This document shows positions 53,721 through 63,200 of a stretch of 64,000 nucleotides of DNA, piece by piece; the first letter of the stretch is position 1; each line of letters starts with the position of its first letter. Location of the stretch: contig OZ076409.1 of NCBI GenBank assembly GCA_964187785.1, positions 81,470,001 to 81,534,000 on the forward strand, in the 5' to 3' direction. A model generated the notes under the pieces. It did not search any database. It was not told the DNA's origin and saw only the letters and a list, made by a program, of their open reading frames with translations. Made by a program: the position numbers and the translations under genes. The DNA comes from Amphiscolops sp. MND2022 (Eukaryota).

Positions 53721-54847
53721 TGGTGACAGGAGACAACGAATCTCCACTTCAAGTTCCCGAGTTTCTCACGGGACAAGTCTCATCCAGAAACCATCTCGAC
53801 AGGTCCTATGAGGACATCAACCTTGACACGACGATCCCAGCGCAAGAGAGAAATGCTCCGGCTGCTCAAACTGACCCTATTACTCGACTGGCAGATGTCT
53901 TGACAACGATGCAGAATAGGCCGACAGCCCAACAACTCACTATACGCCCAGTCAACTCAAACACAATGACTTTTGATGGCAAGAGTGAAAAATTCGAGCT
54001 GTTCGAGGACATGTTCCACACGATGATCAAGATGCAACCGGAAATGACGGAACAGATGAAAATAAATCACTTCCACTCACTGCTGAGGAAGAATGCTCTC
54101 CAAACCTTCCGGAACATCAGCTCGAGCAATAGACAGACTTTAGAGGACGTATTGGTAATATTCAGACGAAAATACGTCAAGCCCGAATCACAGGCGACTG
54201 CCAAACATAAATGGCACCGTCTAGTATTTGATCCCAACACGATGAAACTGCCAGATTTCCTTGAAGAAATAAATCAAGGGGCAGAAAAAGCATTCGGGGA
54301 TCACGCGCAGAAAATGATTGACAGTTTGCTCTACGCAAAACTGCCACCAAAACTGAAGCGGTCTGTAAACATGGCCAGACTCGAAAACGGCTCTTATGAC
54401 GAAATAGTTGCTCATTTAGAGAGAGAGTTAGAACTAAATGCCCTTGAGGAATCAGACGACCTACCAATGGCCACAATGACCTCCTCGACAACAAAGTCCA
54501 AGACTCCTCTAACTACTGGGCAAATATCGGACATCACTTGCAATTATTGCAAGGAGAAGGGCCATATAGTCAAAGACTGTGAAAAATTGAAGAAAAAAAA
54601 GGAAAAAGATGCCCAACAAGGCAAACAAACTCAGAAAAAGACGTATCCGGAGTGTGGCACTTGTGGTAAAAAGAACCACCCGGAAGAAAGATGTTGGCAA
54701 GGTGCTGGTGCGCATCTCAAACCCAAACGCACCAGAACAGATGACGCTAATGACGGTAAACCCAATTCAAAGGCGCAGAAACCACAAAACAAATCAACAT
54801 CTTCCAACTCACAGGTCTCATCTTCCAATGATGAGTCAAAAAACTAA
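53135..54847 (+). CDS. gag: Gag (570 aa) with two CCHC zinc knuckles
   Basis: Capsid-like FDGKSEKFELFEDMF region; knuckles CNYCKEKGHIVKDC and CGTCGKKNHPEERC; directly upstream of pol. Confidence 0.93.
   Translation: MPTTRKQKKARKSRGLEILSDIENLDMMLGGDRYNGTERERSLDSNSVRRRESVIDNNLDNEGESLFSNCRNDEPRTSADLDQYSAEANSLAEINRLSSELNSRISREMDEMMSNVDTLIQRAINEAISSQVLPQIQNVIMAGSGRETRRGWEVPVERSEANAEEQRIPNAKADCRNEQNDGYRSGGPSARNVHDMVTGDNESPLQVPEFLTGQVSSRNHLDRSYEDINLDTTIPAQERNAPAAQTDPITRLADVLTTMQNRPTAQQLTIRPVNSNTMTFDGKSEKFELFEDMFHTMIKMQPEMTEQMKINHFHSLLRKNALQTFRNISSSNRQTLEDVLVIFRRKYVKPESQATAKHKWHRLVFDPNTMKLPDFLEEINQGAEKAFGDHAQKMIDSLLYAKLPPKLKRSVNMARLENGSYDEIVAHLERELELNALEESDDLPMATMTSSTTKSKTPLTTGQISDITCNYCKEKGHIVKDCEKLKKKKEKDAQQGKQTQKKTYPECGTCGKKNHPEERCWQGAGAHLKPKRTRTDDANDGKPNSKAQKPQNKSTSSNSQVSSSNDESKN
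53721..53732 (+). promoter_or_regulatory. Primer-binding site
   Basis: TGGTGACAGGAG directly after the LTR-terminal CA; 11/12 match to the tRNA-Leu-type PBS TGGTGTCAGGAG. Host tRNA identity not verified. Confidence 0.7.
54838..54844 (+). promoter_or_regulatory. -1 ribosomal frameshift slippery site A_AAA_AAC
   Basis: Gag ends TCA AAA AAC TAA. The -1 frame is open from here into the pol ORF. Confidence 0.8.
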
Positions 54848-57800
54848 CTTCGCCACGACTCCAATACAATCAACTAATATCCGTCCGTCAATACATCAGG
54901 TCGGATCCTCCAACAAAAACTTTCCATGAATATCAACAACAATTGATGGGTTACCCCTCTGTTGTCTGGCAGCAACAGATGGAGAAGGCCATTGTTATTA
55001 CCTATAATAATACCCATCTGTTCCAAAAACCAATTCCAGTTTGGAATCCTGACTACACAACCACCTTTACAACCCGATTCAGGCCCATTCCCTTGATCGA
55101 TGATTACAATCCAACGTACATCGACCCAGATTATGGCAGAGATCCCTATTGGGACATTGAGATTTACAACCAGGACCTCCTACAATTCCAATACGTCCTG
55201 GATGATATAGCCCATTACCAAACCACAGTCCACGAAAACCCTCCGATAACCCATAACAAGAAAACCAGAGCACTAATCGAAAACTGGCAAATGAATGATG
55301 GAACTAACCATCCAGTATTCCCGAACCCTTTGGGAACCGAAACAAACGAAGCCAGTACAGAACCAATTCCACAATCACTATTAGACGAGAAGCAATTCCA
55401 GAATGTCTTAATCACCAGGGACGGTGAACCAGACTGTATACCACTGTCAACCAACATCAATCTCAAATGCAAAAAACGCATGTTTTACTTCCCCATGGAC
55501 TTTGGGGAATTGACCATAGACGGACTTATTGACACTGGAGCGCTGTCCAGTGCAATTCCTGAAATGGACCTCCGGAAAATTCGACTTCTATCTCCACAAT
55601 CTGTCATCCGGGAAGGTCCGCCTCCAAATTTCCAAATAATGGTCGCTAATGGGCAATTGGAAACTCCCAAAAGTACCATAGAGCTCAAATTTGAAGTTGG
55701 TGACATTGAGTTTCATGAGATTTTTATAGTCATGGAGCACCTGACAGGTCCAATTATCGGCCTAATGTTCCTTCAACGAAATCATACAGTCCTGGACATG
55801 AGACAAGGAATACTGAACTTCCCGTTCTTCTCAATGCAGCTCAAAACAGCTGACCATAAATACTCAAATGTCTTAGAACCAATTCTCAATCCCATTGAGA
55901 TAACCATTCCGCCAAATGATAGAGTCCTAATTAGGACCAATTCCCTACTGTACCCTGAGAATGCTGTCACTGGAATTTTGCAACCGAGCGACCTTCTACA
56001 TGAAGAAGGCGACATCACATTCTGCCCAGCCTTGGTCACTCTGAATGACGGCAATATATTGATATCAGTGAGCAATTTCACAGACCACCCTTATAAACTC
56101 AAAAAGGGACTACATATTGCCAATTTCTCCGTCATGACACCAGAACAGATGAAGTATGTTAAACCGGTAGATCCAGCATCAACCTGGCACCTTTTGCAGA
56201 ATGACCAGGAGCAAGCAGCCCATTATGTCAGCAGTCTCATCAAAACCAATAGAAATCCACAAAACTCCGAAAATTATTGGTTCCCAACTCCAGAAAACCC
56301 TGGAAATCCTGAGGAACACACACCTATACAAAAACGAATCCTACGCGAATTACAGACCCTACAGGACCTGGAGACACTCGACCCCACCACAGATGCAGAA
56401 TCACGTGCAAAATTCCTAGAAAACTTTGACTGGAAAGACTACACTCTTACTCCCGAAGAAAAGGAGAAAATTGAAGAGTTACTGGTAGAATTCCATGACA
56501 TATTTGCACGACATCGATTCGATATAGGTATGAATGAGGAATTTAAGGTGAAACTGACGCCTAAGGACGATTCCCCAGCCTATAGTCAAAGTCTTCCAGC
56601 TCCTATTAACCTGAAGGAGGATATCCTAGTCGAATTAGCCATGTTACACAAATATGGCATCATCACCACCCTACCGTTCTCGAAATATGCGAGTCCAATA
56701 TTCGCACAAAAGAAACCGAATGGGAAACTCCGACTCTTGGTTGACTTGAGAAAAATCAACAACCTCATATCGGATGATTATATCAACAATAATCACCCCG
56801 TCAGTACACTAGTTGACGCCGCCCAACACTTGGCAGGCAAAAAACTGTTCTGTAAATTAGACTGTTCGCAGGCATACCACTGCCTACCAATGGCTGACCA
56901 ACGTTCAATCGAAATGTTGGCTTTCAATTTTGCCAGTCGCACATTCGCCTACAGACGTTTGGCACAAGGCCTTAGCCGGTCACTATCCGCATTCTCAAGT
57001 TTCATGAGGGAATACCTCGACAAAGTCATTAAAGCGGATCAGTGTGCCCAGTATGTGGACGATATCGGCATTGCAGCCAATGATGCTGACCACCTCATAA
57101 CGAACCTGAGAGCTACATTCAAATGCATACAGGAAGCAGGCCTTAAGTTAACAATGCACAAATGTCATTTCGGTGCAAAAGAAATTGATTTTCTCGGACG
57201 GACTATTACCCCACAAGGCGTCAAACCCCAGAAACAGAATGTGCAAAACTTTCTGGAAAAGACTAAATTCCCGAAGTCGAAAAAGGCTTTACAGCGCTAT
57301 TTGGGATTCCTAAACTACTACAGGAATTATGTCCCAAGACTCTCCGAACGCCTTGCTCCATTCTACAAGATGCTCAAAAGTGACGAAAAGGTCCTAGTAT
57401 CGAAAGAATTAGTCCAACAATTCGAAGAAATCAACAAGGCACTCGACAAATGTTGCGATTTGGCCCTACAACAGCCTATCCCAAACAAACAAATCGCACT
57501 AATGACTGACGCAAGTTTTGGTGCAGCTGGATATGCGGTCTTAATAGAAGACGATCCAAACCAGAAATTCACATCTCTCCGAAAATCCTACGCACCGGTG
57601 GCCTATGGATCAAAAACCTTCACCCCAGCCCAGATCAAAATGTCAATATATGCCAAGGAATTTCTGGCAATTTATTTTGCATTCAAAGAATTTGGGCATA
57701 TATTCTGGGGTGCGCCCAAACCGGTCATTATCCTTACCGACAACAAAGCCGTTACGAGATTTTTCCAAACGAAAATAATACCCCCAGCCCTGTGGAATGC

Positions 57801-60051
57801 ATGTGATTATGTGATTCAGTTCAATTTTGTCATAGCGCATATCCCGGGGGCACAGAACACAGCAGCTGACTATTTGTCCCGATTGGAGGCAGATCCGAAG
57901 GATAAATTAGTCATGAAAATCCGTGAGGACGTGCAAACTTTACCCATTGAGATAAATGTCCAATCTGCGGGGGTATCACAGGAAGAACAAATATTCTATA
58001 CTAATGATGATGACGAGACAGAGGAACAGTATTGGGCAAGAAAAGAAGCAATCAGGAAAAATCCAACGACTGATGAGCCCACTGTTACCATAGAAACTCT
58101 GTCAACCAATCTGGTCAAACAACAACCAGACATTCAAGTCCGATTAAAGAAAACAAACCAGATAATCATCGAGCAGTCCAAAGATGCAGTATTGCAACAA
58201 TTGAAGGCAAAGCTCCTTCATGAAGACTATTCAGAAAACATACTGCAACAGGATGCCCGATATAGACACTATGCAAATAATCTGGAACGAATTGTACTCA
58301 AGGACGAAATCCTGACGAGGCAATATTTTGATGAAACAGGGAATGTTAAATACCATCAGATTTTGCTCCCGCAACACCTACTTCGGGAATTGCTTCACTC
58401 CCTTCACGGAACAGCGCTTAAACATCCCGGGATTTCAAAAATGTTGCAGGAAATCAGACAAAGGTATTACATCCCTAGCATGGCTAAACACGTCAAAAAG
58501 TGGGTAGAAGGGTGTGAACAATGTGCCAGAGACAAGAGAGTCCCTAACGCAACGATCACACCTGAGCTGCTCAACTTGCCCGAATGGGACCTTGGACCTG
58601 AAGACGCCATGCAGATTGACCTATTGCCGAATCTTCCCCCAAGTGGAGGGTCTGAAAATGTCCTAACGGCAATTGATGTTTTCTCCAGATATTTATTCGC
58701 TTACCCTCTTACGGACGCATCAGCGATCAATGTGGTAAAAGCGCTCATTGATATAATGACCAAACATGCATATCTGCCAACGACTCTTATTACTGATAAG
58801 GGTACTGCATTTACTTCTACCATTATTGCGGAGATTACGCAGATTTTGGGCATAACACTCAAATGTGCAACGACAAAACACCCGCAAACAATTGGGAAAT
58901 TGGAGCGGACCCATGCCTCGTTGGAAACAAACCTCAAAATGGCATGTGGGGAATACCGCCGACAATGGCATAAATATTTGCCATTAGCAGTACTTAATCA
59001 TAATACGAGTTATCATGCCAGTATTGGTTGTGAGCCAACGAGAGTATTCCATGGCAGAATTCCCTATAACATTCTGGATCACAAGCTTGGAAATAATCCA
59101 AGCGAAAAGATCAACCCTACAACCGAATTTGCAGAAGAAATCCAAAACCGGACTAAAGCCTTGATTGACAAGACGAAGCAGAATATCATGCAATCGTATA
59201 TTAAATACAAAGAATATTACGACCGTAAAGCAAAAGCTGCTCCATTAAAGGAGAATGAGTACTGTTTCGTCCTACAACCGAAAGCGGACAATCAAGGATC
59301 AAAGATTCCCTTCCGAGATTACCGCTGGGTTGGACCATTTATAGTCCAAAAAGCTTTGCCAAATGAAAATTACATCGTTCGACGACTTAATACAAATAAA
59401 ACTCAAATCTTGCACCGAATTCGCCTTAAAAAGTTTGTCCCCAATCAACCGCTTGAGGATAATTTCCGAGAACAACAGCTGCAGCCAGATGAAGAAATTG
59501 TCATTCCGCAAGATGATTTATACGTCATAACGTGGGAAACAGATTTTGGCGAGCAGCTAGTTACACGAGACAACGAGACTATTCCGACTAGCGTGCCGAA
59601 TGGCGAACAACCGAATGCGGCACAACCGAATACAAGTGACGCACACGAGAATGAAGTCGATTATGTAATCACGAGTGATAAATCAAATCTTGCCGATCGT
59701 GCGTCGCATAGCCGGAATGAACGATTAATTGATGACGTCACTACAAGAAATGAAGTTAGTGAACAGTCTAGAAATGAAGAACCTGATTGGCCGAATCCGG
59801 CCATTTCCCCAAAAAGCCAAGAAAAATCTTTGCCGGATACGGCAGAAAGCCCAAAAGACAAGGAAATTTTCCCATATGAAAATTTGCGAACCGAAACTGA
59901 GGCACAAAAATCTCCAAGAAGGGGGGATGATATTATCGTGCCCGAAATATCTGAAAACGATGCTAGAAATGAAAGTCTGAGCCCTAGAGGAGGGAAATAT
60001 AACCTCAGGCCTAACCCTAACCCAAACTACTCAGAAGACTATAGATATTAG
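54838..60051 (+). CDS. pol: Pol polyprotein (protease, RT, RNase H, integrase), reached by -1 frameshift
   Basis: LIDTGA protease; RT LRLLVDLRKIN, KLDCSQAY, YVDD; RNase H TDAS...KEFLA...TDNK...AADYLSR; integrase HHCC (LHG..KHPG...CEQC), IDL, TDKGTAF, ERTH; GPF motif. Uninterrupted ORF. Confidence 0.97.
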   Translation, partial: KKLTSPRLQYNQLISVRQYIRSDPPTKTFHEYQQQLMGYPSVVWQQQMEKAIVITYNNTHLFQKPIPVWNPDYTTTFTTRFRPIPLIDDYNPTYIDPDYGRDPYWDIEIYNQDLLQFQYVLDDIAHYQTTVHENPPITHNKKTRALIENWQMNDGTNHPVFPNPLGTETNEASTEPIPQSLLDEKQFQNVLITRDGEPDCIPLSTNINLKCKKRMFYFPMDFGELTIDGLIDTGALSSAIPEMDLRKIRLLSPQSVIREGPPPNFQIMVANGQLETPKSTIELKFEVGDIEFHEIFIVMEHLTGPIIGLMFLQRNHTVLDMRQGILNFPFFSMQLKTADHKYSNVLEPILNPIEITIPPNDRVLIRTNSLLYPENAVTGILQPSDLLHEEGDITFCPALVTLNDGNILISVSNFTDHPYKLKKGLHIANFSVMTPEQMKYVKPVDPASTWHLLQNDQEQAAHYVSSLIKTNRNPQNSENYWFPTPENPGNPEEHTPIQKRILRELQTLQDLETLDPTTDAESRAKFLENFDWKDYTLTPEEKEKIEELLVEFHDIFARHRFDIGMNEEFKVKLTPKDDSPAYSQSLPAPINLKEDILVELAMLHKYGIITTLPFSKYASPIFAQKKPNGKLRLLVDLRKINNLISDDYINNNHPVSTLVDAAQHLAGKKLFCKLDCSQAYHCLPMADQRSIEMLAFNFASRTFAYRRLAQGLSRSLSAFSSFMREYLDKVIKADQCAQYVDDIGIAANDADHLITNLRATFKCIQEAGLKLTMHKCHFGAKEIDFLGRTITPQGVKPQKQNVQNFLEKTKFPKSKKALQRYLGFLNYYRNYVPRLSERLAPFYKMLKSDEKVLVSKELVQQFEEINKALDKCCDLALQQPIPNKQIALMTDASFGAAGYAVLIEDDPNQKFTSLRKSYAPVAYGSKTFTPAQIKMSIYAKEFLAIYFAFKEFGHIFWGAPKPVIILTDNKAVTRFFQTKIIPPALWNACDYVIQFNFVIAHIPGAQNTAADYLSRLEADPKDKLVMKIREDVQTLPIEINVQSAGVSQEEQIFYTNDDDETEEQYWARKEAIRKNPTTDEPTVTIETLSTNLVKQQPDIQVRLKKTNQIIIEQSKDAVLQQLKAKLLHEDYSENILQQDARYRHYANNLERIVLKDEILTRQYFDETGNVKYHQILLPQHLLRELLHSLHGTALKHPGISKMLQEIRQRYYIPSMAKHVKKWVEGCEQCARDKRVPNATITPELLNLPEWDLGPEDAMQIDLLPNLPPSGGSENVLTAIDVFSRYLFAYPLTDASAINVVKALIDIMTKHAYLPTTLITDKGTAFTSTIIAEITQILGITLKCATTKHPQTIGKLERTHASLETNLKMACGEYRRQWHKYLPLAVLNHNTSYHASIGCEPTRVFHGRIPYNILDHKLGNNPSEKINPTTEFAEEIQNRTKALIDKTKQNIMQSYIKYKEYYDRKAKAAPLKENEYCFVLQPKADNQGSKIPFRDYRWVGPFIVQKALPNENYIVRRLNTNKTQILHRIRLKKFVPNQPLEDNFREQQLQPDEEIVIPQDDLYVITWETDFGEQLVTRDNETIPTSVPNGEQPNAAQPNTSDAHENEVDYVITSDKSNLADRASHSRNERLIDDVTTRNEVSEQSRNEEPDWPNPAISPKSQEKSLPDTAESPKDKEIFPYENLRTETEAQKSPRRGDDIIVPEISENDARNESLSPRGGKYNLRPNPNPNYSEDYRY

Positions 60052-60294
60052 AGAAAATTAAATTCGGCTCAGGAAATCAGCCCTGAACTGTTTTATTCTC
60101 TTCTCTTTTACTTTTCCTTTTACTAGTCCCATGCAGCAGTATCTTTTGAATAAATAATGGGACACTTAGACGATCCCTTACAAAGAAGATAAATACGGGA
60201 TCAGAAAAATCGAGAGCAACAAAATGAAATAAATAATACAAACAGAAAATCAACAAAGTTTACAGTCTGTAAGTACATAAATACATATGAACAA

Positions 60295-63200
60295 TTAGCT
60301 CTTAGAACCACCAGCAGAAGATTCACCAAGGACAGACGAAGCTCTACCCCGGGAACAACTCTTTTCCATCCGCCTCCGCTTACTATCACTGGGTGGCCTC
60401 ACAGCAGGAGCATCAGGCACAGAAGAAGTATCAGCGAAAGTGGGACTTCTAAAATGGAATTCTGACCCGGCGAGAACAGAGCGATAAGAAGTGACGAGAG
60501 TCTTGTAAATTGCTGAACGGCCGAAGCTGTCTACAAAGGTCCACGGGTCGTAATCGGCAGTGAAGGCAGTCTGTCCAAATGTCGAAGACAATTCGAAGAA
60601 CTTCTCGAGACGAGACTCAGAAGAGCAGGCAACCAGAGAATCAGTCACTGTTGACAGATAACTTTGACAAGGCAAGATGACGTCCGCTAAACGAGACTGA
60701 AGCCCCTTTGTGTCAATCTTGCCCAAAGAAACAGGAGGATACTCGGGACTCACAGAAGTGATGCAGAGGCAACTCAGTTTGAATAGATAACAAAGATGCT
60801 CATGTGTGTGGAGGAATTCAATCCCATGAAGAAGTCAATGAGATCAGGCGGATCGCAGGAGGAGCTGAACTCGGAAAAATGGTTGGCTCGGAGGTAATCC
60901 AACAGGGCAACGTACTCGTCCCGGCAAACTGACTCATTGGACGCTGAAACCCAGGAACGCAGTTGGAAAGTGGAGTACAAACGGTCAAAATGCCGCAAAG
61001 CAATTTCCACGGGCCTCCTGAAGAGGATATGCGGATCAAACGCAGCCAGTCCTTTGATGAGGTCAGATCCGAGCTCGGAATGTTGGAGTACTCCGGACAA
61101 CAAGAACTTGATGAACTCCCTCGCACTCTTTACAAAGTCTGATTTCGCACTTTCAGCAGTTTTGTCGATGGCTGCCTTACTAGACTTCTTATTGAAATGA
61201 AGCCCCGCTGCCTTCAAGTTGCTTGCACTGGTCACTTTACTGGCAATCTTGAGCCGCACCAGGAAATCCTCATCACTCATAGGCTTGCCCTGACTGATTC
61301 GGAAGTCCATCAACAGGAACCAAGCGCTTTCCAGAGGCACAGTGTCAGGCTGGTAGATGCGGAAGCAAAGACGATTGATGTACTTGCACATCTCTCCACA
61401 AAGGAAGAAGGTAGCATCTCGCCTCTGACCCAAATTGATGACGAAACCAGTGACATCTAAAACACAGAATCTGAAGGTCCCTAAAAGGACGGCAGACCAA
61501 AGTGACCCTACCAAACTAGAAATACTCACAATCGCTGACCAGGCGTTGGAACAGCTCCAGTTTGACAGTGAAGAAATTGTCCATGATCAGGGACCACTCG
61601 AAACTCTGGACCTGTGGAAAGGTATGATGTAAATTTGAAACGATGACCCTACCTATGCTTATGAAAAGAGACGTCCTCTAGGACTCTCTCAAAAAGACAG
61701 ATAGTTTTGTGAATAATAACCTTATTATGGACCCCTTGATTCTCTTGTCGGCGTGAATGCACAGTGAAGTAGCGCAGGATCGACTTCCACTTCTTCAATA
61801 GATCGCGGCACAGATCAGGTATTTTGGTTATTTCCAGTGTGCAAGTTGTGATAGCCTAAACAAAACGATTCAAAAATGGGAGCCCTAATTGTCGGTGACT
61901 ACCTCCGCCCTTCACCAATATTATGCAGAACAAATTTGCAAAATAGACTTACTCGGACAAGTTCAGTCGAATCGGTGACCCAGTCCTCAGATAAGCAACC
62001 TCCAAGCGAGACCAGAAGACATTGAAGGGCAGAGAACATGTCTATGTGCCCGAAGACGCTGTAGTTTACCTTGTGCATCAAGGTCCTCAAGTCGAGCGAC
62101 TCAAACCGGAAGCAACTTTGGATCCCACGTGGGTAGGAGGGATGCTGGTCCACTGTCCTTGTCAGGTCAACGGCACATCCAGATATCGCGACCACATCGG
62201 GGTCGGTAGAAATGGCAGACAACAATCGTGATAGGGAGCCCATCTCCTCAGTGAGCCCGAAGCCAGAAAGTCCACTTCGACAGACGAAGATGCGACAGAG
62301 CGTCGCACCCTTCCAAAATCGGAAAGACATCAAGCGGTTGGCCCCTCTCTTCTCGAACTCAATCCCATAGTGCTGGGAAGCGATGATTTGCTCTGCCACG
62401 TCTTCCATCATGCAGTTGAAGACGTGTTGGAAAATGGCCTGAAACGGAACGAAACTCGGATGACCATACGGCCTTACCATTACAAGCTACCATTACGCTA
62501 TGAATGGTTCTATGGTGAAATAAACGAGTGAACTTACCATGATGTGGCCTTCACTCCAGTCGAAATCCTGGAAGGCTGATTGGAATCCAGTATAGCTCCC
62601 TGCTCTAGCCCACAACCTGCGGAGGATAGCTATGTTGCCTGAGTCCTGGACGAAATCTCCCAAGAGGCAAATCTGGGCCTGCAATCGCGATTGAGGTGTT
62701 ACAGGAGCCGAAGAGTGTCCCTTCAAGTAATCCTCGTAAAAAAGATGTCTCTCGCCAACGTCAACAAGTTCTGTAAGGATGAATCTGGGGAGCTCTTGCG
62801 CAAGGTCGGATTTGTTGAGGATTTTGCCATCCCTTCCTCGAACTCTGTGCTGGACTTTCCCCGACACGTCATCTATTGTCTTGAGGTGCTCAAACCGCCA
62901 CCTCTGGTCTCGGCGAAGGTGTTTCTTGGTCCTGTGGTGACGTAAGATTTCCACAGTGCCTTTAGTCTTTATGCTAAAGTTTTTCTTGCACATGTGGCAC
63001 CACACCATGTAAGGGTTATGTAACGGATCGGCTGGACCAGAAATGAAGGATCTAGTCCATGCTATCTTGGAGAAGAACTCCTCACGCATAGGCACACCCC
63101 GCCTTGGCATCCTTTTGCTCTTGCTTTTCCTGACCGAGACAACTGCCTGACGGGACTTCTGGGTAGGAGATTGACCGCAAAGCTCAGACAATGTACAGTC

